Positions 34,558-48,529 of a stretch of 53,879 nt of DNA are shown piece after piece. The first letter of the stretch is position 1, and each line of letters opens with the position of its first letter. A model generated the notes under the pieces. That model worked only from the letters and a program-made list of their open reading frames with translations, had not been told where the DNA came from and ran no database searches. Made by a program: the position numbers and the translations under genes. The DNA comes from Perkinsus olseni. Taxonomy: Eukaryota. The DNA lies in the NCBI GenBank assembly GCA_013115125.1, contig JABANN010000198.1:1-53879 (forward strand), given 5' to 3'.

Positions 34558-35784
34558 TCTTCCACTTCAGTCCTATCAGCTGGGAGGTGCTAGAAAACGA
34601 CTGGCATTTCTGAGATTAGACTAATCAGAGGGAGGTGAGACATCCCTTCGGTACATCAGTACGTGAGATTTCAGTAGGCTTTCAGCATAAATCAAGACTC
34701 TGCCATAGACCATACTTCTCTTTTCTTGGGTATCCATCGGCATGGCGTCATTTCAACGCCTTCCGGAGGCCTCAGATATCTGAACCCTTGCTCCAGTCGT
34801 TGAAGACATAAGTCATTACTCGTTGAAGTCTAAGAGCGCATACGATGTTGCTGTGTTTACGCGGTGGTACTCATTTGAAATTTGGGTCTCGAGGCTGTGA
34901 GTTCTGTCGAGTGCGATTGGTCATGGAGCAACGTGTGTGTGAGTTTATAGTCCAACGCTGATACCGGCTGAGTTAGACTCTTGCCGATGTGATCAGTTGG
35001 AGACTTTCTGTAGCGTTGACACGCAGTGCAATCAGACAGATTATCAAGAAGCTTCCCTCAGGGTATATTCAACTAGAGAAGCTTTCTTTCCTCCTGGAAG
35101 GACCCGCTTACTGGAGCTACGTGCTTCTATCCTGCCCGTGTTGAATCTTGCTCGCTCAACCAGAACGAATCTTCCACGGACTTATCTTGAAGGGTGCAGG
35201 ATACGGAATAGGTGAGGTTAGCCAGTGACTTCATGAACGATATTGCACATACCAGCAGCACTACTGCTATGTGGAGCTCCCATCTACCTTCGCTTCTAGC
35301 TATGCCCTTCCTACAGCTTACATGGAGGACCAGCACACGAGAGAACGATGCTACAGATACTCGATGTAGAATCGGAAATGACTAGCGAGTTCGCACACGC
35401 ATCTCTCAAGGTACGTAAGATTATTTCCAGCCCTCAGTAATCGCTTATCTCCGTTCGCCATCCCTGTTTCGAAAGAAGAAGCCACAACAAACATTGCATC
35501 TTCATCACGGAAATGACTTCACTTCGGCACTCTCCTGTAAGGCCCGCCTAGGTCTCAGGAGGGCGGACCTGACGTCTCGATTCCCATTGATTTGCTCGGA
35601 CACCACGGATTCCGAGCAGCATTGTCGGTCAGAGCTTTCAAGGGTTTGTTGGGTTCATTCCCTCCTTCATGCATATCGTTCGAAGCGCGGGTGCAGTCCT
35701 GGTAAAGATCTCTTTTCCCGAGTTTTGCCTCTCATCTGATAGAATTGTGATGCCTGCCTCAGGGTTTTCCGAGTTCATATAGAA

Positions 35785-36691
35785 ATGATTGCTAATACTC
35801 TTCTCCTCACCGCCATGGCTTCGTCTCTTACCCGAGGCTACGACTTATCTGGTTTCAGTGGACAAGTGGAGCGCCAGCTGCAGGAGTCGTGTGGTCAAGA
35901 CTGTGTTACCGCTTGGAGCGATGAGATGCTGCCGATGTTAGAGAAGTTTCAGGCCAAAGAGAAAGGGCAACACGGAGCTGACGTAAGCCTCATAATTTCG
36001 GCTAGTCCCAAGGACATCGCTGGTAGGACGTGATCCCCCTCGCTGTCTTTGACATGATCGCCGATCTCAACGGCAAGCTAAAGACGGCGAGGCAGGCCAT
36101 TTTACGGGATGTAGCCAGCTTCGCCAAGAGCGGTGATCCTGCGACTCACTCGTTGTCTCTTGCCATCACTGACACGGATATCCAAGGTGAGTCGTTACGC
36201 AACGGCCATCCCTCATACTCCGCGCCCTCGTTAGAGCAGAAGAACCGCTGTACTTACGTACGTCAGGTCGCTTCAGGAGCTTATGAAGCGTCCAGGATAA
36301 TCGTGAGTTGACTACACCGGATGGCGGATTAGGGGATTCGTTCAGGTCCACACAATGGCTTCATCGCTGGCGGTTCTTTGCGGATGTGTGTATTCACTCC
36401 CGTGAAATCTGAATGGTCTGCTTCTAACCCGGGCTGCTCGTAGGAATCGACGCTTTTGCCTTGTCAGCACCCTGAAAGAAAATCCCTACACGTGCGGATT
36501 TCCAGTAAGGACGCGGAGCTGTCAATGTGACACCACGTGGTACCTCCCTTCAGTACCGAGCTTACGAGAGCTTGTACTACACTTCAGAGGTGCTGTGGGA
36601 GGCCGTCAAAGTGAGTAATAGATACGTCAGCGAACGCCCTGCAGCTCTATCTGACTACCTCTCAGCAACGAACATGTGCCGCATCAATTGA
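35785..36691 (+). pseudogene. Secreted Cys-containing protein, tandem copy 1 (frameshifted)
   Basis: Same 7-exon structure as copies 2 and 3, but GGATGTGTGTATTC (extra TG at ~36385-36390) gives a premature TGA at 36403. Confidence 0.7.
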
Positions 36692-37235
36692 GCGCGCTAT
36701 CACTGTTTTCATGCTTAATTGCCTCCTCTTTTTGTGTTTTCGTTGGAATGCTCATGATGAGCAGCTCATACGGTAGCGTCGTACAGGTAGTATTTTTAGC
36801 CTTTTCACTAGCTTTTGCATGTCACAGCTGGATATTGGCTCGACTATTCCCCTAGTCTAGGACTCCTAGACGAACACGTGGAGCTATTCACAGGGCGATG
36901 AGTGTAAAATCATTCCAAACAATAGCAGGTGCCGGTCGCTGGAAGTGGAGGGAGAACGTCGAGCTTGCAGTTTCCTGCCAGGTCTTCAACCAGCATCCTC
37001 ATATTGATCACTGATGAATCACCTGATAGCCACAGCATTGGTTGATAACACAGAAATGACGCTCGTCTCTCATGCCTTACCATCCGATTTGTATGGGAAA
37101 CGCCAGTCTAATGGCCCACTCGGGGACCATCATTGTCAGTATGTAACTGCAGAAGCCTTGCAAACATTTTCTTTGAGGACCGAGTAGGATTCGAGCTACC
37201 CGTCCTAGTGGTTTCTCCGTGCCAAGTTCGTACCC

Positions 37236-38143
37236 ATGATGATCGCTAATATTCTTCTCCTCACCGTCATCGCTACGTCTCTCTCCCGAGGCTACGACTT
37301 ATCTGGTTTCAGTGGACAAGTGGAGCGCCAGCTGCAGGAGTCGTGTGGTCAAGACTGTGTTACCGCTTGGAGCGATGAGATGCTGCCGATGTTAGAGAAG
37401 TTTCAGGCCAAAGAGAAAGGGCAACACGGAGCTGACGTAAGCCTCATAATTTCGGCTAGTCCCAAGGACATCGTTGGTAGGACGTGATCCCCCTCGCTAT
37501 CTTTGACGTGATCGCCGATCTCAACGGCAAGCTAAAGACGGCGAGGCAGGCCATTTTACGGGATGTAGCCAGCTTCGCCAAGAGCGGTGATCCTGCGACT
37601 CACTCGTTGTCTCTTGCCATCACTGACACGGATATCCAAGGTGAGTCGTTACGCAACGGCCATCCCTCATACTCCGCGCCCTCGTTAGAGCAGAAGAACC
37701 GCTGTACTTACGTACGTCAGGTCGCTTCAGAAGCTTATGAAGCGTCCAGGATAATCGTGAGTTGACTACACCGGATGGCGGATTAGGGGATTCGTTCAGG
37801 TCCACACAATGGCTTCATCGCTGGCGGTTCTTTGCGGATGTGTATTCACTCCCGTGAAATCTGAATGGTCTGCTTCTAACCCGGGCTGCTCGTAGGAATC
37901 GACGCTTTTGTGTTTTCAGCACCCTGAGAGAAAATCCCTACACGTGCGGATTTCCAGTAAGGACGCGGAGCTGTCAATGTGACACCACGTGGTACCTCCC
38001 TTCAGTACCGAGCTTACGAGAGCTTGTACTACACTTCAGAGATGCTGTGGGAGGCCGTCAAAATGAGTAATAGATACGTCAGCGAACGCCTTGCAGCTCT
38101 ATCTGACTACCTCTCAGCGACGAACATGTGCCGCATCAATTGA
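37236..38143 (+). CDS. Secreted Cys-containing hypothetical protein, tandem copy 2 (7 exons)
   Basis: Signal peptide MMIANILLLTVIATSLSRG. Spliced product contains SCGQDC...RCTYVR...LCGCVFTPVKSECTLRENPYTCGFPYRAYESLYYTSEMLWEAVKMTTNMCRIN*. Confidence 0.8.
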
Positions 38144-38687
38144 GCGCGCTATCACTGTTTTCATGCTTAATTGCCTCCTCTTTTTGGGTTTGCGTTGGAA
38201 TGCTCATGATAAGCAGCTCATACGGTAGCGTCGTACAGGTAGTATTTTTAGCCTTTTCACTAGCTTTTGCATGTCACAGCTGGATATTGGCTCGACTATT
38301 CCCCTAGTCTAGGACTCCTAGACGAACACGTGGAGCTATTCACAGGGCGATGAGTGTAAAATCATTCCAAACAATAGCAGGTGCCGGTCGCTGGAAGTGG
38401 AGGGAGAACGTCGAGCTTGCAATTTCCTGCCAGGTCTTCAACCAGCATCCTCATATTGATCACTGATGAATCACCTGATAGCCACAGCATTGGTTGATAA
38501 CACAGAAATGACGCTCGTCTCTCATGCCTTACCATCCGATTCGTATGGGAAACGCCAGTCTAATGGTCCACTCGAGGACCATCATTGTCAGCATGTTACT
38601 GCAGAAGCCTTGCAAACATTTTCTTTGAGGACCGAGTAGGATTCGAGCTACCCGTCTTAGTGGTTTCTCCGTGCCAAGTTCGTATCC

Positions 38688-39594
38688 ATGATGATCGCTA
38701 ATATTCTTCTCCTCACCGTCATCGCTACGTCTCTCTCCCGAGGCTACGACATATCTGGTTTCAGTGGACAAGTGGAGCGCCAGCTGCAGGAGTCGTGTGG
38801 TCAAGACTGTGTTACCGCTTGGAGGGATAAGATGCTGCCGATGTTAGAGAAGTTTCAGGCCAATGAGAAAGGGAAACACGGAGCTAACGTAAGCCTCACA
38901 ATTTCGGCTAGTCCCAAGGACATCGCTGGTAGAACGTGATTCCCCTCGCTGTCTTTGACATGATCGCCGATCTCAACGGCAAGCTAAAGACGGCGAGGCA
39001 GGCCATTTTACGGGATGTAGCCAGCTTCGCCAAGAGCGGCGATCCTGCGACTCACTCGTTGTCTCTTGCCGTCACTGACACGGATATCCAAGGTGAGTCG
39101 TTACGCAACGGCTATCCTCATACTCCGCGCCCTCGTTAGAGCAGAAGAACCGCTGCACTTACGTACGCCAGGTCGCTTCAGAAGCTTATGAAGCGTCCAG
39201 GATAATCGTGAGTTGACTACACCGGATGGCGGATTACGGTATTCGTTCAGGTCCACACAATGGCTTCATCGCTGGCGGTTCTTTGCGGATGTGTATTCAC
39301 TCCCGTGAAATCTGAATGGTCTGCTTCTAACCCGGGCTGCTTGTAGGAATCGACGCTTTTGTCTTTTCAGCACCCTGAAAGAAAATCCCTACACGTGCGG
39401 ATTTCCAGTAAGGACGCGGAGCTGTCAATGTGACACCACGTGGTACCTCCCTTCAGTACCGAGCTTACGAGAGCTTGTACTACACTTCAGAGATGCTGTG
39501 GGAGGCCGTCAAGATGAGTAATAGATACGTCAGCAAACGCCCTGCAGATCTATCTGACTGCCTCTCAGCAACGAACATGTGCCGCATCAATTAA
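38688..39594 (+). CDS. Secreted Cys-containing hypothetical protein, tandem copy 3 (7 exons)
   Basis: Near-identical to copy 2 at an offset of 1452 bp; ends with TAA. Confidence 0.8.
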
Positions 39595-40185
39595 AGGCGC
39601 TATCATGCTTAATCATCCTTTTTTGGGTTCGCGTTAGAATGCTCATCCGGTAGTGCCGCTCAGATTTTTTTTCTTGGCTTCCTCACTAGCTATTGCATGT
39701 CACGAGTGGAAAGTGACTTTGTCGAGTAATCTCCGAGCCGTCTGCATCGAGATGTGTGTTGGGAGATAAGTGTGAGATCAATTCCAACCGATAGATTTTG
39801 ATGAACGTCTGAATTTTGAGAAGATCAGTGAACGTGAAATTTCCCGTCATGTCTCCAACCCTGGCAGTTCTGTGACAGAACTTCTGTCCATCAGATAGCC
39901 CCTGCATTGGAATGACGCAAAGGAATGACGCAAAGGAGTGACGCCTCCATCTGTGTGGCATACCAGTTGCTCATTTCTATACGATACGCTAGTCTATTGC
40001 TCAGATCGAGTCCGTGAAATCAGGCACTTCTTTCGGGTCCACTGAATGTTCCAAGGAACATAACTAAAGTCACCTCACTCATATTACTTAAAATGGTTAG
40101 GATTAACACAACAGCCTAAGGATTCATTGAAAGGTCAGTATTCAGCAGGAGTGAGTCTCAGTAAAAAATCCCTTTACTGCAAGCT

Positions 40186-41223
40186 CTACTGCGAAGAATC
40201 GGCGAGAAGCTGACCAACGAACTTCCCGTTTCGGACGGTAAGTCCGCAAGCCTCTCCTTGGACGAGATCCTCGAGCTCCGCGCAAGAGCCTCCAACGAGC
40301 TGAAAAAGGAGCCGTCGAACAGCTTACAACGTGAAAATCAGCTCGAGTGCTAGATCCACGAGTTGGTCTTACCTGAAGAGCCATTGACGCTAGGCCCACA
40401 GCGTGACCGAAAACAACGACAGTCTCGGTCTTTTCGGGAAGCAACTCGCAAATCTTCCCCACGGCTACTGCACCATAGTTGTCCACGATAGCCTTGGATT
40501 CGGGACTGACCAAGTGACACGATGAGATTAATAGAGCACGATTATCACTAGAATCCTCCTCCCAAGCTCTTACGTCTTTCGGTATTCCTTGAGTGGTGCA
40601 TAGCCTATCTGTTTGAAGAGGTTGTCGAAATCATCTGCTTGAATAATTCCTTCCCAGATATACCTGCCACATAAGTGAGCCTACGTCTCCCACGGCATCA
40701 TAATTAGACGAGAAGACCGTCAGAAGGTTGGTATAATGCCAAACGAGCAGGGAAGAAGCAGGGATGCCTGTTAGCTTACGGACAAAGTCTGAATTCACTA
40801 TCCTCGATGGTAACTATGTCTTTCTTTTCGCCATCGAACTCGCCCTTGCCGCCAAGAATGGCGTCGGCTGTCTGTAGACAGCGCGTAGCAGGAGAAGAAA
40901 CGAATGCGACTGGCCTAAGGAAAACAAGAGACAATTGCATATGCAACAGTGGAACACTCTATGCGGTTTATCCAGGATTCAGACGGGCCTGTGCGGTTGC
41001 TCACTTGGGTGCCTTGTCCATGAAGTCCATGAAGTAACTCTGACGAGCCTTGGAAGCAAGGGCTTTGCCTTCTTCACTAAGTACCTGCGTTTTGCCGAAT
41101 GGCACTTCAGTTGCCCAAAAGGTAACCGAATCTTACTCTCTTCTTATCAGCCTCGGGGCTCGGATCACTGGGCCTAGGAGTTTTGCTGTGGCGAATAAAT
41201 ATCCAGGTTGAAGGACACGTCAT
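40186..41223 (-). CDS. Histidine phosphatase superfamily (phosphoglycerate mutase/SixA-like) protein, multi-exon
   Basis: WIFIRHSKT (RH motif), DKKR|VLSEEGKALA, FVSSPATRCLQTA, VVVFGHAVG. Confidence 0.8.
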
Positions 41224-41477
41224 GGATGAGATCGAAAGTTCTAACTGCTGCTCGCAGGAAGTGGAATCAACTTGATAAGGTGATGAAGTCCTACGTGGTC
41301 TACTACATCCAGCGCGAATGCACAATGTACAGTTCAATGCAACTAGCAGTCTGCACTGCTTGCCTGCCAGCGTCACAAGGGCACGGGACATCGCGTCACA
41401 CAAAGAATCATCGTGAGCCGTTCTCTTGATATTCACCCTCTAGTAAATGACAGTCTGAGCCTCAAACTCTGAGGACT

Positions 41478-44400
41478 ATGAATCCGAAGACTCCAAAATA
41501 GTATTTGTTCCGATCTAGCCGGCAGGAGATGTATTAGGTGAACGCGGGCTTCGCGTGTGTCACCATGATAAGTTTTGGGGCCGTTGGCATCAATACTCAA
41601 GATCCGCAAAGCTCAAGGGACAGTGCCCATGAATCGGACACAAAGCGCAGGAAGAGATTGAGATTTGATATGAACTTGCCTCGGATCCCGATCCTCATGC
41701 TCCGCATGTCTGTGAGCTCATGCCCCTTCGTGTCTCGAGTGCTGGTCTCGGCAGGTCGAATTGTTGCTTGACAATCGAGAACCCAGGCTCTCTCAGCTTC
41801 TCATTATCATAGATCCATCGAGGACTTGATGATCTATTGGTCGAACTTTAACGATTGGCAGATCAGTGAAGTTGTCACATTACTTTGCGCATGCCCCGCG
41901 GTATCGACTACAAGTGGTCCGAAGACCTTAAATGCATCTTCATCACTTTCACAGGAATCGTTGGCGTAAAGATGCAGAACCTCGATGTGCAACTCGCTGG
42001 TGAGCACTGGTGGTATAAGGACTTCTAATACCCCTTTAGCTCGACAGTAACGTGACTTGATCATAGAGGAGGCTTACTTGAGTACAGGGTCGTCACTGTT
42101 CCCGCTCATAAGGCGTTCTCACATCGTTCGAGCGTGGTCACTCGCTCCCGAGCAGCATCACGTTTTCCCCGTGGAGTTTCTCTGTACCGTTACTCGCAGA
42201 TGTTTTCCTCAAAGTTAACCACGCGCCGAGTAAGCAGCTGCAGGTCATCGACTTGCGCGACTCTGTGGACATATCGACATCCTCCACAGTGATACATGGC
42301 TCCTCAGTCCAGGTTCAGCTCACAAAGTAGGTGGGAACTGGGCAACCTCCTGAGCCCAGGAACGGCAGCGACGGATTTTTTTAATTATTCTCCGTAGACG
42401 GGAGAGTTTGGAGAGCCTCGAATATGAAAGTACCGCTCAAATGTGAATGTATCTCCTCAGGTGCTCGCCTAAGATATGGGGCTGCTTGGAGTACACAGAT
42501 GAGGATGTGAGTCCGTATCTGTCACTTGAGCGGAGTTCTGTTGATCCGAAAAACCTGGCCGTGTTCTGCAGGTGAGGGTTAGGCGTGCTGAGAGCTTAGC
42601 TCGAGCTGAGATGTTCGAGAAGGGCCGCATAGAATCAGCAGGTGAGTTCCCGGTTGATAGCCGCAGTAGCTGCCACTGTGCTTGACAATTGAACTTGCGA
42701 CATCCCTCTCAGCGAAAGCCAGACAGGAGCAAGTGAAACACAGTGAACAGATGCAGTGGAAGGAAGACAGAGAGAGCCGCGAGCTCTTCGAGAAAAAAAG
42801 GCTTGATGTGAGCCGCCAGACGCACACAATCTCGGTCTTCATAAAAGGGTAAGGGTTTCATCCATCATCGATCATTCATAGGCCAAGACGGCAGCTGAGA
42901 ACCAAGTGTACGAAGATCTCGCAGAAATAGGAGTCCAGGATGCCGTGGTACCCCCTGATGAGGGAGGGCACGTGAAGCCAGAAACGAACACAGAAGGGCT
43001 GAGACTCTACGAATCCGAGGATTCAGACTCCGAGGCCGGCGACTCCGACGAACCCAAGGTTGTTGAAGTGTTGACCTCGGGCAGAGGAGGACCATCCGGT
43101 GAGTCTCGCTCAGCATGCTCACGTTCCCAATGCGAGATCTGGTGGTGTGTCAGGAGAGACTACTCCTGCGGAAGAGCATCTTCAGGCTCCCATACGTAAT
43201 CAAGGCGACCGTTCAGTGAAAATAGGCCTGGAGTTCACGAAAAGGCGCCAGGTGAATCCGTTATCTCCGAGATGGACGGTAGAGTGCCCATGTAGGTCGG
43301 AGTACCTGCTCGTGATCGACCAGGACGGGAGGCTCCGAGGCCCAGAGCAGGTAGGGGACTCTACCACTCAATGCATGATTCGAGCATTTTGCTGCTAGAT
43401 GCCACCGGCATTATGGGAGTTTCGCAACGCTCGGGAGAGACGGACGCGGAGGAGAACTTTCCAATGATGTTGAAAACTCGAGGGGACAAAATGATGAGCA
43501 ATGGCGATTTCAAAGGAGCGTAACTCTGGTCGACGACGACATCATGGACAGAATATAACAGATACAATGCGTACACATCCGCTCTTCGGCAATCAACAAG
43601 TGCCAAGTGTTTCGCCAATCGAGCCCTCGCGGCGCTGTAGGTCAACCTCGGAGACTCCCTCAGAGGCCTCAAGGCTCGGAGGCTCGCTGCAACAAGGTAC
43701 ACTGGTCGGCTGTCCCCGGCGTGCGAGGACTGTCGTCATGCCCTGGCCGCCCTCGATCTCCAGCTCAAACATCAAACGGCCGGCATAGTTGGAGGTGCAG
43801 TAATCGAGCCTGAGGAATCTAAGCGAACACGAGTGGGTCGAAAGCTTCAACATTAGCCAACCATTCACGAAGGTGGCTCAAGGACATTTCTGACAGGCGG
43901 TAATATATAGTCGACTGGCCGTTGCCTCTCTATGGCTCGGCAGATTCGAGATGGCTTCAGAAGCAGCATCGAAGGCTGAGGAGATCGCCCGCGCATGTAG
44001 AAGCGGTGCTGTTCACAGAGGAGTGATCTTTCTGCATAGGTCTCTTGTTCTCGGAAGAAGAGCGCGGGCGAATAGCAAGCGATAAAAGAAGAATATCCGA
44101 CATAATTGAGCGTATTTGGACAACGAAAAAGGCCGCAGACGAACTCTATCGACAGAGAGGCCTCGCTGAGGCTGTTGACCAATACGAGAAGCTCATATCA
44201 AGTGTGTAAGTGCTCTACTTGCGAGCTGAGATGCAGTGATCAGGCATCGATCGCAATCCAATTTTACTGGCGAACCTGAGCCAGTTCAAGTTGCAACAAG
44301 GTGAATTTGAGCGAACCATAAACCTTGTGGACGAAGCTCTCGAGGCCACTTGGAGCATTCCTTGTGTGGGAGCCGGGGTCAGCGCTGCAGCTATTAGATG

Positions 44401-45316
44401 ATGCCTCTTGTCTGCAGATGAACCCGGCAGTCCCGCCCAAGTACGAAGCCCACTTACATCAGCTCCTGACTGACCCTCTTACTTTCAACGACGTGAGCTC
44501 AAATCCGGCTATAATATTCGAAGTCACTGGTTATCACGGGCTTTCTGAAACTACAGCGCGTACTTAAGTGAAAGAGCGCAAACTCCCTCTCAGTCAGCCG
44601 TTGATCCGACAGCTGCTCAGTGGTTGATGAAGCGCGAAGGTGAGAAGACGCCCACCGAATGAAGAACGAATTCGACCCTCCAACGAGCACTCTCTTAGGA
44701 TGCGACCTCAAAGACCTGCCTGAGGTTCCTCCCGAGTTCGAATGGGTCAGATCCGGCGGCCAAGACAAAAACTGGATTGCGGTAAGAATTGAGGAATGGC
44801 CGGAACAATCGAGCAGGGTGGATACTGTTTGTAAAGGTACGAAAGAAGCCGTCAGAGAAGACGGTTGAGGACGTAAAGGCGTGTGTCGCCGACCTCCAAG
44901 ATGCTGTGACATCTAGGATTCCCGCCCGAATCAGGGGAGTTGCCGAGAAACACGGTGCATCCGAATATACCACTGTTCAAAAAGCTGTCATGGATGCCCT
45001 TCGATATGCGGCTGATCTCGAAAATGCATTGAAAATGCGGGAAGAGTCTGAACACCATCTTCAAGAGAATATATCTCTCAATGACCTGCTTGGCACTGGC
45101 GCGTTTATAAATAAACACCCGATCTGCGTGAACCGCAGGAAACTCTTTACTAAGCTGCAGCTGAGATGGTCAACAGCAGCCGTGAGAGCTGGCAACAAAC
45201 AAGAAGAAGCTATTGGACGATTAAGAAAAGTCATCTCTATAGACAGGGATAACAAGGAGGCGATGTTGCTCATCAGTCGTCTGCTGGCTAAGCAGGATAC
45301 TGAGGCTTCTGCATGA
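41478..45316 (+). CDS. TPR-containing multi-exon protein (5' part may be a separate gene)
   Basis: LKTRGDKMMSNGDFKGA, AKCFANRALAAL, and last exon EAIGRLRKVISIDRDNKEAMLLISRL are TPR-like. Many GT-AG exons; start uncertain. Confidence 0.5.
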
Positions 45317-45510
45317 GGATCATAGCGTGATTGTCACAGTTGTCGACCGACGTTTCGTTAGAAAGTTGGTATTTTACAGCGGAAACGGGCCATTATCCAT
45401 GTGTAGGGACGATAGACAATTTGCGATCGAACTTCAAACTCAACGCCTCTGGCAAGGATTGTCGCTACATTTCGCGCTTTCCATGGTCGGTCGGCGATGC
45501 CCACCCATGG

Positions 45511-47034
45511 TCAACTCTCTTGTTCTTCGTTGGCGGTCTTCTCGGTCACGTTGCGGTAGCTAAGAGAGATCGAATTGAGGACATCAGTGAATGTGACCTG
45601 GGTGACTCACATGAAGACGGTGCCTACACCCCAGTCGAACTCAATTTCGACCTCATCCTCGAGGTACCATACACGCGCGGCGTCCCTTCTAAGGAGATGG
45701 GTCACTAGCACGAGCACCTACATGCAGACGAAAGAGAAATACATAAAGTCGCCTCCCTGAGATGGGCTGGGGTTTCAACTGCGCCATATCACCCTTGACG
45801 CATACGATGGCGCACGCGGTGAGCCTCAAGGGAAGACCTCGCAGCGCTGTGTTGGTCAGGCCGCCCCTACCGTGTCTTTGGGTGTATCCTGTGCCAAACA
45901 AAGAGCCTTCGACTGTACGAGATCCTCATTAAAGCAAGTGCCTGCCAAAAAAATCCCACCACTGTGCTGCTATGGAGCGATGAGCGGCAGTCACGCCTCC
46001 TACTCAGCCAGTATATGATGAGTGGAGTATTTGGCTTGACAGGCTGTGCATCTCCAAGCGAGGCATCGTTTTCCGGGTGTCCTTCCGCTAGAGTATCCGC
46101 CTCCGCATTTCCCGAGTCAGTCAGCTCCTCTGTGGCAACAGGCAATACCAGAGCAGGATCAACAAAATCAGAGCCATCTGTAGGACACGAGGATGGGACA
46201 CAGGACACAGGACACTGCAGAGCGCTTACCGCCAAGAAGCTTCGGGATTTCCTCGAAGGCCTCCCCTTCGATAAACTCAATGTTCGATGTCACTCCAGGG
46301 ACTGCGGGCTCGGCTGCTGGTGTCCCATCCTCCCCACTAGGGAAAAGCACCGACGAAAGCGAATCTGTGATTGAAACACTCGCTTCGGGTCAACCATGCA
46401 GCGATACTCTCCAACTGGATTGATATACTCCCCATGAGGAATGATGAGAACCCGTTGCCGCACCTTTGAGCTCATTCGACTTGGCTACCAGCTCCGGAAC
46501 ACACTCGAGGCCGACTGCCTTCCTGAATGGGTGGCAAGTGGCGGCTGCCAGTACGGCCGTACCCGCCCCAGAACCGATGTCAAGGAAGGAGGTGCTCCCC
46601 GGAACCACAGTGACCTTGCACATCGACAACCTGATATGTGGCATAAAGAATGCAGTCTTACCGTCCGCTCAACAGCAGCCATGAGAGTTCGCATGGGCTG
46701 CAAACTAGTCTCTCCGTACGTGAGGCTTGGATCGTGAACTTGGTCCGGATTGGGCTCGGCGTTCTCATCTGAGAGAACATGAGTTAGCAACTACGTTGAA
46801 AATTCTTCGTAGCCGGTACTCACTATCATCTCCCTTGGTTCGATGAGCGCTCGCTATCTGCTTCCCATGTTTCGGTTGGTACTGGAAGGCACTATCGAAA
46901 AAGTTCTTCGATTCTCAACCTACTGCTGCTAGAGCGTTGTCGTAGAGATCCTTGGTGAGATCTGCTGGAGGAAGGATCTCTTCGTCGTGGAGCTGAGTAT
47001 CAGCAGCGTTATCTGCAACTACTTCTTCCGACAT
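45511..47034 (-). CDS. Class I SAM-dependent methyltransferase, DOT1-like, multi-exon
   Basis: SLTYGET, FLDIGSGAGTAVLAAA, AVGLECVPEL, IEFIEGEAF, TCF, FDWGVGTVFIY. Confidence 0.75.
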
Positions 47035-47118
47035 TTGAAAAAAGTCACTGAGGTTTGGTGAAGGAAAATCACATTGACACAAGTCCGGAGAAATTGTGGA
47101 AATGCCAATACATCAATT

Positions 47119-48445
47119 TCATGCTGTCTCCTCTTCCCCTTTTCGCCAGACCCACGCCCGAACGCCTATTGACGGTAACCCAGGACTGCCTTCATTTACT
47201 CTGCGGATGAGACCTTCGAGGCGGAGCGAAGCTATAGGATCGATCTGTATGAGAGGCGTGCAGCAACAAGTAGCGCCGCTACTGTAGCGGAAACGCCTAT
47301 CCATCACACTCAAGAAGCAAATTTGGGAGAAAGGCCTTACCTTAGCGTCGATGAAGCGTGCTCCAACCTCTTCTATCTCGGCGTAGTTGACGAGGTCCCT
47401 CCATGCGAAAAGGACGACTCCTTTGCGAGTGTTAGCGCCAATGTTACGCAATAGGCTTGATAGCTCATCGGCACGACTGCTTGAGTTATCCGATACTAGC
47501 GAGAGTACCTGAGAATTCAGTGTCGCTGGTGCCTCAAGCACAGAAGGGGGCCCACGTTCATAACCAGACCCCAGTCGAAAGGCCCGTACGGAAGGTCTAC
47601 GGCCTCGTGAACTATGGCTGGTTCAAAAGACACCGCGCCGCGGGTAATGGCCTGAATGTTAGAGAGGATTGAAGGTGCCGCCTTTACGGCCTACGGAGCT
47701 CTCTGAGTAGCGATGCTCGAAACCATACGCTGATACCAGTGAGGTGTCGTTCAAGTGAAGGACGTTGTGACCCCTGAACGGGAAGTTCCTGCCTCATGTA
47801 TTCAGAGGAGCATGCCAGAACTACTCACAGAGCAGCTCCGACCTCCATCACAGAATCGTCCACTTCAAGCAGGAGCTCCATCAGCGCTCGAAGGCACAAC
47901 TGAGATGATAGGCAAGCGGCAAAACTCGATCACGTCTGGGTTGTCACCTTCTCATGACGATAGTCTCTCACGTGGTCTGTAACAACCGCATCCATGAAAG
48001 GGGCGACATCGATCGGTTCGACTGGCAGCTCCCATGAGGACAAAGCTGACTGCAATTCAGACAGCACTCAGCTCTGCAGTGCGGCAACCGAGCCGACTTC
48101 AAGTGACCGTATGGCCAGTGCCAAATACTGCTCCGCTTTGTGGATGTAGTTGAAGGCGCTCGCTCGGAACTCCGGTCTCGTAGTGGATTGTGCCAGCAAC
48201 CAGAGCGTACGGAGCTCGCTGTCTCCTAGTGAAGCGAGGCGGCCGATACCTGCCAGACGGACCTTCCTGCAACGAAAGTTGGCTTCTGGTCCAGGGCTAC
48301 TGATAGCCTGAGTAACCTGAATAGCTCGATTGAAGCAGCGGTCGGCGTGGTTGGCAGCCACAGCCGTCGTGAAGTGAGCGTGAGCCGCTAGGTAGCTTGA
48401 GACAGCGGAGGCTCCATTCAGGAGTTCCTCCTCAATGCTAGCCAT
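47119..48445 (-). CDS. Hypothetical multi-exon protein
   Basis: ATG at 48445 (MASIEEELLNG...) with GT-AG exons ending ...WVWRKGEEETA*. No domain recognised. Confidence 0.5.
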
Positions 48446-48529
48446 ATCTTCGCCATCGCTGCCCTCGGTGGCCTGAGAGTATTTACTGTTAAACAGCGAA
48501 TCAAACGGTTCATGCTCACGTTGTCATTA

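Larger units (their letters stand above)
35785..39645 (+). repeat. ~1452-bp tandem triplication (gene plus spacer)
   Basis: Starts at 35785, 37236 and 38688. Spacers 36692-37235 and 38144-38687 are almost identical. Confidence 0.97.
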
